Shown here: piece after piece, positions 1-10,636 of the stretch
Layout: each line of letters begins with the position of its first letter
Numbering within the stretch: position 1 is the first letter of the stretch
Origin: Promethearchaeota archaeon
GTDB lineage: Archaea > Asgardarchaeota > Lokiarchaeia > Sigyniarchaeales > SOKP01
Assembly (NCBI GenBank): GCA_030599585.1
Contig: JAUVNS010000004.1
Coordinates: forward strand, 287,087 to 351,086
Direction of reading: 5' to 3'
DNA: 64,000 nucleotides
Made by a program: the position numbers and the translations under genes
Notes under the pieces: generated by a model
Told to the model about the DNA's origin: nothing
Seen by the model: the letters and a program-made list of their open reading frames with translations, nothing else
The model's database searches: none

Positions 1-578
1 TCGTTGTATACTTCACACCTTAATTCTTTCAAACCTTTCTCTTTAAAGTAGTTCCACGCGGCCATACCCAAAATAGTTCCTAAACCTTTTCCTTGAAACT
101 GTGGTAAAACCCCTAAACCCGCAATTACTCCGTATTCTTTATTTTCTCCTTCAAAATCTAAAATAACAAAACCACTGTAGCTATCATATACTTTTGCAAT
201 AAGAAATACTGTATTTTGATCGTTGAAAATTTTTTTAAGGGTTCCCCTTTGGATAGGTCTAAACGGTGTAGAACTTGTTAGCCACGATTTGTTATAGATG
301 TCAGTAATGATTGAGAGATCTTTTAGTTCTGCTTCGCGAATGTTTGCACGATAAATTTTACTTTCAATCTTCCTCCTTAAAGTATTCTCAAACTCCTTAG
401 TAATTTTTTCTATAGGTAATCTCATCTGGAGATAAACCATTCCATTAGTGAGAATCTGTTTTTCAAGGTCGGTTATTTTCTCCTTTCCGCTATCCTTTTC
501 AATGTGTAAAAAATAAGATCTTAAAGCTTTTTTTTTTAAATTTAATTTCTGCTTGATGTCTATTTTTTTTTTATGCAT
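1..578 (-). CDS. GNAT family N-acetyltransferase (3' end runs off the window; not in ORF track)
   Basis: Manual translation from ATG at 578 is open to the window edge: ...IREAELKDL...GFVILDF...IAGLGVLPQFQGKGLGT...LRCEVYN. QxxGxG is the acetyl-CoA motif A. True start uncertain. Confidence 0.85.
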   Translation of the reverse strand, partial: MHKKKIDIKQKLNLKKKALRSYFLHIEKDSGKEKITDLEKQILTNGMVYLQMRLPIEKITKEFENTLRRKIESKIYRANIREAELKDLSIITDIYNKSWLTSSTPFRPIQRGTLKKIFNDQNTVFLIAKVYDSYSGFVILDFEGENKEYGVIAGLGVLPQFQGKGLGTILGMAAWNYFKEKGLKELRCEVYN

Positions 579-595
579 TTTATTTCGGAGGAATT

Positions 596-2233
596 TTATT
601 GAGTGAATATTAAACCTAATTTACTTCTTAACTCGTTTTCCATTTGTTCGCTCAATATCGTAGTTCTTCTTAAGATAGAAATTCCTTGTTGAATTTTTTT
701 TGCGAGGCTTGGATCGTTAAGTAAATTTCGGTTTTCGCTTGAAAACTCAAAATTTGATCTTAGAGCCATGTCTTCTTCAATTCGCTCATTAACAGCTTCT
801 TTTAAATTAAGCATAGCCCCTGAAATTTCTTGATACCTGTTATCTGGGTCATCAGTTATAAATCCAGGGTACACAGCAACCATCTTTTCTTCAAGTTTTT
901 CTTCGTTTTCAATGAACATGACATATAATGGCATATATATCCAGACTATTGGACGAGAAAATAGTTCGGATTCGTTATCAACTAACGACCAAGATATTAA
1001 ATCTTTTGCTTCCTGTAAACAAGTTCCATTTTTAGTTTTTATGATGTTTTTTACCTGTGTATAGAGGTCTTCAATTGATTTTTGTAATAACTTTATTTCT
1101 GAAATCATTTTTTCTTTCTCTTCTTCAAAAGCAGAAAGATTTTTATCTCGATCTCGCAGCTTCAAATCTAATGAAGAACTAAAATTATCAAGTTTTTTCT
1201 TTGCCTTAACATCGATTTCTAGAGCTCTTTCTTTTAACGTCATGTACTTCTCTGTAAGGGATGTAACTGAACTTACAAAGTTATTCCCCTCTTCTATCAA
1301 ATACTTGAAATGATTTTCGAAGGGAGTAGTTATATCGTTAAATACTCTACCCTTCAATATGTCAGTATGAGTGAACGCCTTGTTTTTTTTAATAATTTCT
1401 TCTAGATTTCTCTCAGCAGTTTTAAATAAAACTGAGATATTTTCTATCACATTCCTTTTCTCATTAACTTTCCACTGATCAATCCTATCACTCTCCAGTG
1501 CAAATTTTTCTTTTATTTGACTCGAGTCAATTATTTGTGTTGTTTTTGATATTTGGGACGAGAAACGCGAGCTAATATCTTTAAATTGAACATTTATATC
1601 AATTAACCATTTATCTACTTCCTTCCCTATTAATTCAATCTGTGTGTTCCATCTTAAAGCATTCCCTTTCATATAATCAATTGTATTTCGATAAGTATCT
1701 GCAATTTCTAAGGCTTGCTCCGTTGTAAAATTAGTTTCTAAAGGCATATATTCTGCAACGGGTTTAAATTCTACAAAGGGTAGTAACTTAACTAAGGTTT
1801 GAAGGAATTCTGGATTGGTTAGTGAATCAAGTTTTAGTTTCTGAAATTCAGATTCTTCACTTTCTCCTATCGCTTCTGCATCCTTATCAATATATTGTAA
1901 AACCTCTATTATCTTCTTTAACTGTTCTTCTTTTGTTCGATTTTCTATATTTCTTAATAAATGTCCAATTAAAGGTTGTCTTGGAGGATTTGAAAGTTTA
2001 CCTTTTTTCGAAAAAAGATTCAGCCCATCTAATATGATATGTGTACTAATAACTCCTTGAACGCAAAGAAATGGCCAGAGTAACCTCGAGAAGGATAAAA
2101 CTTTCTCGTTCTGTTTCAAATTCTTCGTTAATAGATAAAAAGATAACGCTAATTCGTCGTAATCCCTAATAGGGGGCAAAGAACTATGATTGTAAAATAG
2201 GGGTAAAATATATTGATTTCCATGGATTGACAT
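596..2233 (-). CDS. Hypothetical protein with long central coiled coil
   Basis: 545-aa ORF; heptad-rich E/K/L region about aa 180-410, flanked by alpha/beta segments (LWPFL..., YMPLY...). Confidence 0.75.
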   Translation of the reverse strand: MSIHGNQYILPLFYNHSSLPPIRDYDELALSFYLLTKNLKQNEKVLSFSRLLWPFLCVQGVISTHIILDGLNLFSKKGKLSNPPRQPLIGHLLRNIENRTKEEQLKKIIEVLQYIDKDAEAIGESEESEFQKLKLDSLTNPEFLQTLVKLLPFVEFKPVAEYMPLETNFTTEQALEIADTYRNTIDYMKGNALRWNTQIELIGKEVDKWLIDINVQFKDISSRFSSQISKTTQIIDSSQIKEKFALESDRIDQWKVNEKRNVIENISVLFKTAERNLEEIIKKNKAFTHTDILKGRVFNDITTPFENHFKYLIEEGNNFVSSVTSLTEKYMTLKERALEIDVKAKKKLDNFSSSLDLKLRDRDKNLSAFEEEKEKMISEIKLLQKSIEDLYTQVKNIIKTKNGTCLQEAKDLISWSLVDNESELFSRPIVWIYMPLYVMFIENEEKLEEKMVAVYPGFITDDPDNRYQEISGAMLNLKEAVNERIEEDMALRSNFEFSSENRNLLNDPSLAKKIQQGISILRRTTILSEQMENELRSKLGLIFTQ

Positions 2234-2357
2234 AAAACCAGCTCTCCTGATTTAAATTTAATTATTTAATGCTGTTTAAAGATATCTAATTAATTATTAC
2301 TAAAATTTTTATTTAAAATTATTTTTTAGAATAAAGTTTAAAATGAAAAATTATAGA

Positions 2358-3188
2358 TTATCTAAGTTGTTCGTAATTATTTGCGATCACGATGATCAAA
2401 AGAGATAACAGTATTAAAAGCGGCGGTAGAATTGCCCTAACATGAGGAAATCCACCGAGTACTCCTTGAGTAATTCTTCCCGTAAAATATATGAAAAATC
2501 CTATCGCGTTTAGTGCGTAAGATCGCCTCAAGACACCGAATGTTTTTAATGCTAAGTAAACAAAGAGAAATGGAATAACTAACACCATTAAAGGCAACAA
2601 AATGAAATTGAGAACGAATCTACCTGTAGGATAGCCAAAAAATGTCAAATCTAATTCAAATAAAGGATTATATTTGTCCCTTAAATTGGGGTCCATAAAT
2701 AATGCGTCTGATAATGTTAAAGCTAGAATTCCAACAATAATTGGGAACACAATTAAACAAATTTTGAGCGTTAATTTCACCTTTTTCTGTCTTAAAAAAC
2801 TCTTTACTCCCTTTTCTGAATTTTTATTTTCAGCGATCGGCGATAGAATAAGCGTTCCAAAAACTCCCATCAAGCACGAGATACCCATCCAAGTAAAAAA
2901 TGTAGCAAATCGATATAATGTCATCATCGATCCTAATAACTCTAAATCAGACATCGCTATATCTAATTCGGGAGCATAAAAATTATATACAATAAAAAAT
3001 ACTCTCCCTACTGCTAAGAATAGGAATAATAACGAAAAATAAAACCAATATAACTTCTTAGAAGTTCTAAATCTCATTAATAGGAAATATGCAAATATAA
3101 GAAAATAAAAACCCACTATTGCGTAGTATAGACCCGACTCAACGGCATCCCATATGTCAAAATATTGAAAAAAATCTTGAAAAATCAT
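2358..3188 (-). CDS. Integral membrane protein, about 7 TM helices, function unknown
   Basis: Seven hydrophobic stretches in 276 aa; no soluble output domain. Confidence 0.75.
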   Translation of the reverse strand: MIFQDFFQYFDIWDAVESGLYYAIVGFYFLIFAYFLLMRFRTSKKLYWFYFSLLFLFLAVGRVFFIVYNFYAPELDIAMSDLELLGSMMTLYRFATFFTWMGISCLMGVFGTLILSPIAENKNSEKGVKSFLRQKKVKLTLKICLIVFPIIVGILALTLSDALFMDPNLRDKYNPLFELDLTFFGYPTGRFVLNFILLPLMVLVIPFLFVYLALKTFGVLRRSYALNAIGFFIYFTGRITQGVLGGFPHVRAILPPLLILLSLLIIVIANNYEQLR

Positions 3189-3394
3189 AATAAATCATAA
3201 ATTAATTTTATGTGCTATTTAATTTGAAATTAAAACTTAAAATTATAATAATACTATCATATAGCTTATATAAAAATTTATTTTATAAAATTTTAAACCA
3301 ATAACTGAATAAATTCATTAATCTGAGGAATAATCTTAAAATACAAATATTATCAATTATTCTAATACCTATTAGAATACGGGTTTGATTAAAA

Positions 3395-4879
3395 ATGAAG
3401 ATAACGGATAATATAGAAACTTTTAATTCATTATTGCGGCGCCGTGGTTTTATTTGGGGGCCTTCTCCAGAGATATATGGCGGTTTAGCTGGATTTTATT
3501 CGTACGGACCGGCTGGTAAAGCGTTGAAAAATAATATTCTTTCAAAGTTTAGATTGGAACTCAGAGCTTTTGGCTTTAATGAAGTTGAATGCCCACAAAT
3601 ATTACCCAAAATTGTGTGGGAAGCTTCGGGACATTTGGAGCGATTTATTGATCCCGTTTTTCGTTGTCAGGAGTGCGAAACAATGCTCAGAGCTGATAAA
3701 TTCCTTCAAGAACAACTTCCCAATACAACTATAGACGGATTGACTTTTGAAGAAATGGAGCAGATTGCCTCCAGTCACAAATTGAGATGTCCAAAATGTG
3801 ACACTCATTTAGGAAAAATTGAAGAATATAATTTAATGCTAAAAACTTCAGTTGGAAATGGTACTACCGCATATTTACGCCCAGAAACGGCGACCACAAC
3901 TTATTTATTGTTTAATCGTTTAAACCAGGACGCACGGAGACAATACCCTATTAAAGTGTTTCAATATGGGAAAGCTTATAGAAATGAAATATCCCCAAGA
4001 CAATTGGTACTCCGTATGAGAGCATTTGATCAATTTGAAATTCAATTGTTCATAGGAAAGGAGCAAGAATATAATTACGAAGAGTATGATGAATTTAATC
4101 AGGAAGAACTTCCCTTGCTAGATTGGCAAACTCAAGAAAAAAATGTACTAGTTCCTAATCGAATTTCTCTAAAACAAGCAATCAAAACTAATGTGCTCAA
4201 AAAACCCGCTTTTGCATATTGCTTATTTTTAGGTTACTATTTAACATTAAAATTGGGATTTCCAGACGAAGTAATAAGGTTAAGGCAACACTCTCCACAA
4301 GAAATGGCTCACTATGCAGATGATGCTTGGGATTTAGAGATTAACACTAAACAATTTGGATGGGTTGAAATATGTGGAATACATGATAGAACTGATTACG
4401 ATTTAAAAAGACATGGACAGTTCTCTAAGCAAAACTTCAATATACCAATGGGTACTGATCAAAATTTAAAAGAAATTCCTCAAATTCTTGAAATTGCTTT
4501 TGGACCCGATAGAATTATTTATACTCTCCTTGAATCTAATTTCAGTGTAGAAGACGAGAGGATAATTCTTAAAATTGAACCAAGTATTGCTCCAAATCTT
4601 GTTGCTGTGTTTCCACTTGTGAAAAATAAGGAAAAAATCTTCAATCTTGCGAAAAAAGTACATCGACTCCTACTGGACGATAGAATATCTTCTTTTTTTG
4701 ATTCTGCGGGATCAATTGGGAAGAGATATAGGAGACAAGACGAATTAGGAACTCCTTATTGCATAACAATAGATTACGACTCATTAGATGATAACACAGT
4801 AACTATTAGACATAGAGACACTATGGAGCAAAAGAGAGTGCTAATTTCAGAAATACTGGAATATATTAAAAAAAATTAA
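3395..4879 (+). CDS. glyS: Glycine--tRNA ligase (archaeal/eukaryotic alpha2 type)
   Basis: RRGF..EIYGG..G.Y.YGP.G, WEASGH..F.DP, YLRPETA, GKAYRNEISPR, R.R.F.QFE, GSIGKRYRRQDE.GTP anticodon-binding domain. Confidence 0.97.
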   Translation: MKITDNIETFNSLLRRRGFIWGPSPEIYGGLAGFYSYGPAGKALKNNILSKFRLELRAFGFNEVECPQILPKIVWEASGHLERFIDPVFRCQECETMLRADKFLQEQLPNTTIDGLTFEEMEQIASSHKLRCPKCDTHLGKIEEYNLMLKTSVGNGTTAYLRPETATTTYLLFNRLNQDARRQYPIKVFQYGKAYRNEISPRQLVLRMRAFDQFEIQLFIGKEQEYNYEEYDEFNQEELPLLDWQTQEKNVLVPNRISLKQAIKTNVLKKPAFAYCLFLGYYLTLKLGFPDEVIRLRQHSPQEMAHYADDAWDLEINTKQFGWVEICGIHDRTDYDLKRHGQFSKQNFNIPMGTDQNLKEIPQILEIAFGPDRIIYTLLESNFSVEDERIILKIEPSIAPNLVAVFPLVKNKEKIFNLAKKVHRLLLDDRISSFFDSAGSIGKRYRRQDELGTPYCITIDYDSLDDNTVTIRHRDTMEQKRVLISEILEYIKKN

Positions 4880-5006
4880 CAAAAAATAAAGTTAAAATAT
4901 CTTCAAACGACCGAGTTTTTCAGAAAAAAATTTTAAAGAGAAGAACATTTTTCTAAAAAATACACATAATTATTAAAAAATAATTTTAAGCATAATTAGA
5001 TTTATC

Positions 5007-7775
5007 ATGATTTTTATAAGCACTTTTTCCACTAAATTGAAAAGAAAAAAGGGAAGAAATTTTTTCAAATTGGTTTTATGTATGTTTTTCATTTTTATCT
5101 TCACAATTAATGCTTTTTATTTAGATTATAATATAAAACAAGACTATAACAACAGTACAGATAATTTCTATCAAGATTTCGATATTACGGATGAAACTAA
5201 CCTAAATATCGCAGCAGGTCCAGAAATTTTTGTTGATCCTTTTACGGTTAATTTTAGTAAAGTTTGGAATTTTTTTAGAACAAATTACAAGTCTGACCTG
5301 GTTATGGACGAAGACGCTTATTATAGATTCGGAAATAATCTCGGAGTCGTAAGTTTTGATAAAGTTTATTCAATCGATAATTTGCTCTTATACAAGACCT
5401 TATTAAAAGACGACACGGATGCCATTGAAACCTTTGATACTTATTTAAAATTGCGAGAGTCACCTTTATGGTATCAAGATAGTATTAATCAAAATAGTTA
5501 TGGGTTCGTTAGAGCTGTTGATAACACAACAGGTGAGATATTCGACAACGATCGATATCTAATTGATAATCTTATGCCAATATTTTTGCTAATAGAGAAT
5601 ATCGGAGACCAAATCAATAGCATAAACATTAATAGCATTTACCCAAAGGATTCAATTGAAGAAATTTTCACTTTAATTAACTCTTCTCAATTCTGGGACG
5701 ATGTTTACGAAGGCTTCTACGATACAAATTCAACTACAGATAAATACGCGGAGAGCAATTTGAATGCTGTTTTGGCTCTCTTAGAAATTCATCGGATTTA
5801 CGAGCAACTTGGTTTGAATGTTGACATAAAGAATCGGGCTTTCGAATTGGCCAATATTACTATGAATAAACTTTTAGACGAGCTGTGGGACAATTTCAAC
5901 GGTGGTTTTGAGTATTATGGACTATATGATTGGAATTCAACGACGGGAAGCACTTATAAATACTTACAAACTAATGCTTTAGGAATTATAACATTGTTAG
6001 AATATTGGAAAGAATCAGGAATGCAAAGCGATTCTACTTACTTAAAAAACGCTACAATTCTATTTAACTTAGTGGATGCCTTATGGGATTCCGGATTCAA
6101 TGCATATGAAAAAAGTCGCGATGCCTTCTGGACTCTTTCTGGAGCGAATAGATCAATTGACCTAGAAGCAAATTCCATAATGATGTCTGCTTGCCTAAAA
6201 CTTTTCGAATACACGGGAAATGTTACATATTATAATAGAGCTTGGAAATTGTTTAACACTTTTGAAGACTATTTTTACGATGAGGCTGTAAATTCTTATA
6301 AATCATCCATAGATTCCCCTGTTGACGATAATAAAAACTTGTACGCAAATTTAAGATTGTGCGAAGCTTATTTAAATGCTTTCGAAATATATAACAGTAC
6401 TCAATTAACTTCAGAGTATAATGTAACTAGTGAAATTCCTGATTTTTTATTTAACCAAGATGTTTTAAACATTACAAGCATCTACTCATACAGAAAAACT
6501 GATCAGTTTTATAATATAACTACCACGAGTTATGAATCATTTACAATTGAATCTCAAATTGATAATGCTTCTATTAGTTATATATTTAAAAACCCCGAAA
6601 ATGAAATTTTGGTTACTTTATCACAACAAGTTACGAACACATCCACGACCTTTTTATACAATATCACTGATGCGTTTGAAATAGGAGAGGGTTATTTCCT
6701 TCAAATATTTGTTAACTCATCAAATTTTGGGACTTCTCATGTATTAAAACAATTTAATGTAATCTCCGGTTTAGTAGACTCGCCAATTTTAGGTTTACCC
6801 GCTGTGCTCTATCAGGGACCTGTTATTAACATCACTGTCCCAATCAATAATACCCGCAATCAAAATGTAAATTTAACAGTTTCTATGGAAGGAATTGATA
6901 TAATTAACGAAGTTCAAAATATTACGTTTAATACACTTGTTTTAACTAATGTTACATTTAACCTTACGGCTACGCTCGGTGCTACTATCGGCCCTCATAC
7001 TATTAGTTTTATATTTAAAGAGGGTAATATCACCTACTTAGAAATATCAAAAATAATAAATATAGGACACTCATTCGATTATACTAATTTTATATATCAA
7101 AACACCATAGTAAATGGAGTGAGCGCTTTTGCTTCGCTAACTTTAATTAATTTCCTTCCAAATAGTACCCAAAAATTGAATGTTAGTTTCTACGAAGATG
7201 GCAATTTAATTCTCAGAGAAGAAACACATTTAGTCGAAGAAGAAATTAAGACTGTCTATTACGAATTGGATTATCCAGATACAGAAACTCATATCGTGAA
7301 TGTCACTATGAAAATTTCAAAGGGAGACACAGATTTTTATAGTAAACAATTTAATGTAGAGATAATTGCGAAATTCGAAATTATTAGCGCTTCTTTTCCA
7401 GAAACAACATTGCAAGGTAGTACAGCTCAACTTATTTTAATTATACAGAATAACCTCGATGTTTCTGAACCGTTTATATTCTATGTAAACGGAGTTTCAG
7501 TTGATACTAATCTCAACAGTTTAGGACCAGGTTTAAATAGAATAGTAGTTGAGGTAATCCCTAGCATAAATCCTTATGACTTTGGAAAAAAATCATATAC
7601 ATTTGAAATAAAAGATAGTTCGAACGAACCTATTGTAAAATACTACTTTGAAGTACAGATGGAATTATCGTCATTTAATTTAGTACTTTTTTACATTCTT
7701 CCTATATTAATTCCCATAGGCATTATTTTAATATATAAAAATAAAGAAATAAAGAATAAAATGTTAAGAAGATGA
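5007..7775 (+). CDS. Membrane-anchored cell-surface glycoprotein: predicted (alpha/alpha)6-barrel-like domain plus beta-sandwich repeats and C-terminal TM
   Basis: Basic N-terminus plus hydrophobic signal/anchor; repeated WD..xGGF/GFY helical-hairpin motifs as in six-hairpin glycosidase/AGE-like folds; many N-x-S/T sequons; C-terminal TM (FYILPILIPIGIILIY) and basic tail. Confidence 0.7.
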   Translation: MIFISTFSTKLKRKKGRNFFKLVLCMFFIFIFTINAFYLDYNIKQDYNNSTDNFYQDFDITDETNLNIAAGPEIFVDPFTVNFSKVWNFFRTNYKSDLVMDEDAYYRFGNNLGVVSFDKVYSIDNLLLYKTLLKDDTDAIETFDTYLKLRESPLWYQDSINQNSYGFVRAVDNTTGEIFDNDRYLIDNLMPIFLLIENIGDQINSININSIYPKDSIEEIFTLINSSQFWDDVYEGFYDTNSTTDKYAESNLNAVLALLEIHRIYEQLGLNVDIKNRAFELANITMNKLLDELWDNFNGGFEYYGLYDWNSTTGSTYKYLQTNALGIITLLEYWKESGMQSDSTYLKNATILFNLVDALWDSGFNAYEKSRDAFWTLSGANRSIDLEANSIMMSACLKLFEYTGNVTYYNRAWKLFNTFEDYFYDEAVNSYKSSIDSPVDDNKNLYANLRLCEAYLNAFEIYNSTQLTSEYNVTSEIPDFLFNQDVLNITSIYSYRKTDQFYNITTTSYESFTIESQIDNASISYIFKNPENEILVTLSQQVTNTSTTFLYNITDAFEIGEGYFLQIFVNSSNFGTSHVLKQFNVISGLVDSPILGLPAVLYQGPVINITVPINNTRNQNVNLTVSMEGIDIINEVQNITFNTLVLTNVTFNLTATLGATIGPHTISFIFKEGNITYLEISKIINIGHSFDYTNFIYQNTIVNGVSAFASLTLINFLPNSTQKLNVSFYEDGNLILREETHLVEEEIKTVYYELDYPDTETHIVNVTMKISKGDTDFYSKQFNVEIIAKFEIISASFPETTLQGSTAQLILIIQNNLDVSEPFIFYVNGVSVDTNLNSLGPGLNRIVVEVIPSINPYDFGKKSYTFEIKDSSNEPIVKYYFEVQMELSSFNLVLFYILPILIPIGIILIYKNKEIKNKMLRR

Positions 7776-7781
7776 TTAACG

Positions 7782-9503
7782 ATGATTAAACGAAAGCGAT
7801 TTATTAAAAATGTAATATTTGCTCTTACTCTGTTTTCAATAATTCTGAGTATTTGGGCTATTTCAATTAACGAAAGCAACCTAACAACATTAGATAACGA
7901 TAATTTTTTTTTAGATTTTAAGAATAATCCTGAAGTAAAAACCGCTAGCAATGGGAATCCCCCATTGGATTACTCGGATGTATCTCAAAACGCGTCATCA
8001 ATTTATAGGTTATTCGAATCTGTAAAGTTTAACATAAATGCTTCAAAATTCGATAATGCTACTTACACTATAATACAAATTCATTATTCAAACGGAATAG
8101 TAGGAGATTTTAACATGACAAATGTTGGTGGAACTGAAAATTTTACTTATACATTTAATCCGGGATATAACGCTCCATTAGGGTTTCAAAATGTAAGCTT
8201 TTTGATATACAATGTATCTGCTTCTCTTCTAAGCTCCGCAACCCCGATAACAAACTTCACAATTATGACCAATTACTTCATATCCCTTGACAAAACAGAA
8301 TATAATAAGAACGATACGCTCTATGCTGAATTTGGTGTAAGCAATTACCCTCAACCCTATGATTTTAATTGGAATGTGTCCGTAGTTGACAGTGATAACG
8401 AGACTTTACAAAATGATCTATTTGATATTGGTAACAATCTTTTCCAAACCTCTATTCTAATAGATGATAGATTTGAATTCTCAAATAAAATATATTACTT
8501 TAAGCTTAACATGACCGATGTTTCAAGCGGTACTAAGGAAGCTGCGTATCTACCTTTCAAAGTTTTGAATACTTTACCTGAAATTTCAGTGCCCTCAATT
8601 GAATTTTCAAAAAATCCACTGAAAAGAGTAGAAGATTGCGAAATAATAGTAAATGTAACAGACGAAGATACAAATACACTTCCCGAAAATATAACAGTTT
8701 CTATAACTATCCAAACATCTACTGGAGAATTATTAGCTCCAATTGAATTAACAAACCATAATAACTGGACTTTCTCAACTACTTTTTCGATAGCTGCTAA
8801 CAAACCATTAGGTATATATCAAATAAATATCGAAGCTGAAGACCAGTATTATGGAATAGATACCTATACTACATCTATAACAATCGAAAATAATCCTCCC
8901 CGTATTTTAAGCTATTCCGTAAACGGAATGAGCATGAACCAAAGTATAGCTTTGAATTATGGTGAAGATTTAGTTTTTCGTTTTGATGTTAGCGATGTTG
9001 AAAACACAATTGCTTATATTACAGTAGCACTTATAGACGAAGAAAACAATTGGTATAACATCACTAGAGAATATGTGCCTGGTATGAGAATAACAATTCG
9101 TACAGAGGAATTAATAACTGGTATTTGGTACGCTTACATCTCTGTAACAGATAACGACGGTGCTACGACACACCTTAATTCAGATTTTGATTTAGGACCT
9201 CAAGAAATCAATATAGTTCCTGATTTATTAACACCAATTCTGCCTTGGATTAGTTTTTCTATTGGCATTATACTTGGCGTGTTAGCAGGAGTAGGTATCT
9301 TATACAAGAAATTTAAGACTAAATCTATGGATTTGAAAAAAACGCCCTCTAAAAAATCAACTAAACAAAAACCAGCAAAAAAAGCGAAGCCAGACTCTTC
9401 AAGAAAAAAAGATGAGGAAGAAAAAATTGAGAAAGTTGAAGTACGAGAAGTCGAGCCTCCCTCTAAAGAACCACAAAGAAAAATAAAAAGAAAGTTAAAA
9501 TAA
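7782..9503 (+). CDS. Membrane-anchored cell-surface protein with Ig-like beta-sandwich repeats and Lys-rich cytoplasmic tail
   Basis: N-terminal signal/anchor, beta-strand patterns (V.VTD.D, G.Y.I.I.A.D, NNPP.I), N-glycosylation sequons, C-terminal TM; starts 6 nt after the previous stop codon. Confidence 0.7.
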   Translation: MIKRKRFIKNVIFALTLFSIILSIWAISINESNLTTLDNDNFFLDFKNNPEVKTASNGNPPLDYSDVSQNASSIYRLFESVKFNINASKFDNATYTIIQIHYSNGIVGDFNMTNVGGTENFTYTFNPGYNAPLGFQNVSFLIYNVSASLLSSATPITNFTIMTNYFISLDKTEYNKNDTLYAEFGVSNYPQPYDFNWNVSVVDSDNETLQNDLFDIGNNLFQTSILIDDRFEFSNKIYYFKLNMTDVSSGTKEAAYLPFKVLNTLPEISVPSIEFSKNPLKRVEDCEIIVNVTDEDTNTLPENITVSITIQTSTGELLAPIELTNHNNWTFSTTFSIAANKPLGIYQINIEAEDQYYGIDTYTTSITIENNPPRILSYSVNGMSMNQSIALNYGEDLVFRFDVSDVENTIAYITVALIDEENNWYNITREYVPGMRITIRTEELITGIWYAYISVTDNDGATTHLNSDFDLGPQEINIVPDLLTPILPWISFSIGIILGVLAGVGILYKKFKTKSMDLKKTPSKKSTKQKPAKKAKPDSSRKKDEEEKIEKVEVREVEPPSKEPQRKIKRKLK

Positions 9504-9551
9504 GAAAAATATTTTTGATCTTACATTTTTTATTTCTTTTTTTATTAGTGT

Positions 9552-10463
9552 TTAAGCTAAAATGTCGTGAAGTCGATAGTGAAACTTTCCTAATTTCCCT
9601 CCGTAATTGCCTGCACTAATCTTATTAATACCAGGGACTTGTACGGCAGCTTGAATACCTAATTTCATTGCCTCTTTGACAATTTCCTCAGATGCGCCAT
9701 CAAGTATTATCTCGTATACACAATTATCTTTTTCTCCTAATAAAGAGTTGTCAATTTTCTGTCGGAGAGTCGGGCATAGAGGATCATTTGTTGAGGCGTT
9801 TAAGAAACTGTATACTGAGCCGACTTTAGAACCTGAACGCGCTATTCCTCCTGGAAAGGGAGCTATAACATTTTCTAAATCTTTAATTGCTTCAATAGCT
9901 TTCTCAGCAGCTTCTAATGTGGCTTTCTGTGTTTCACCATATAATAAGAAATTTCCTCCGGCTATTCCTTTTCCGACTTTGAAAACACTCTGTACTTTAA
10001 ATTCCCCATCCATAACAGGGATTTTCCATGCTTCGAATGGATAAGATCCTTCAATTTTTTCCTCAAATTTATCTCCAAAAAATTTTAATTTATACCCCGT
10101 CTTGATTTCAAATTCCTTTTCTGGAACGAGAGAGGTATTTAAAGCATCAAAACAAGCTGTTGTTGGGCAAGTTAATATACACTGTCCTATTCTGTTTAGC
10201 AAAACTTGGTCCATCTTATCCTTTTTAGTTTTAAAAAACATCAAGGCAACTCCTGGACGATTATCAGGAGTTTTATCTGCTGGGACATACACATCAACTC
10301 CCGCCTCTGCATCACAGTGGATTGTTGATGTTCCATATCCAGTTGCGATTTGACTAGCAATTTTTACCCAGTTTTCATTTATTGCAGTTACTAGAATTCT
10401 GGTAAAAACTGCTCCGAAGGCTTCACAAAAAGTATCTTCTATCTCCACTCCATTTAATTCCAT
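9552..10463 (-). CDS. ftr: Formylmethanofuran--tetrahydromethanopterin N-formyltransferase
   Basis: IEDTF.EAF, TPDNRPG, RIGQC.LTCPTTAC, G..L.FFGD, G..GGNF, PFPGGI.RSGSKVGS, ISAGNYGGKLG. Confidence 0.97.
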   Translation of the reverse strand: MELNGVEIEDTFCEAFGAVFTRILVTAINENWVKIASQIATGYGTSTIHCDAEAGVDVYVPADKTPDNRPGVALMFFKTKKDKMDQVLLNRIGQCILTCPTTACFDALNTSLVPEKEFEIKTGYKLKFFGDKFEEKIEGSYPFEAWKIPVMDGEFKVQSVFKVGKGIAGGNFLLYGETQKATLEAAEKAIEAIKDLENVIAPFPGGIARSGSKVGSVYSFLNASTNDPLCPTLRQKIDNSLLGEKDNCVYEIILDGASEEIVKEAMKLGIQAAVQVPGINKISAGNYGGKLGKFHYRLHDILA

Positions 10464-10636
10464 TTTCTAATCAACTTTTTATATTTTATCTCAATATGAT
10501 ACTAATTACAATTTTTAATAGAATTTGATAGTATATAACTTTGTAAGAATAAAAACTAAAAACGTTAATGAATTATCAATCAAAAGAATTAATAGAATTT
10601 ATCAAAATATATTTAATAAATTCAAAGTTGCTAAAA

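Noticed and set aside
7770-7784. The two surface-protein ORFs are in the same frame, separated by a single TGA (possible Sec or readthrough fusion)
   Set aside because: Each ORF has its own signal segment and C-terminal anchor, there is no Cys/Sec-type redox context, no SECIS was identified, and same-frame adjacency has a 1-in-3 chance.
9486-9503. C-terminal KRKLK resembling a KxKxx COPI retrieval signal
   Set aside because: The tail is so Lys-rich that the match is expected by chance.
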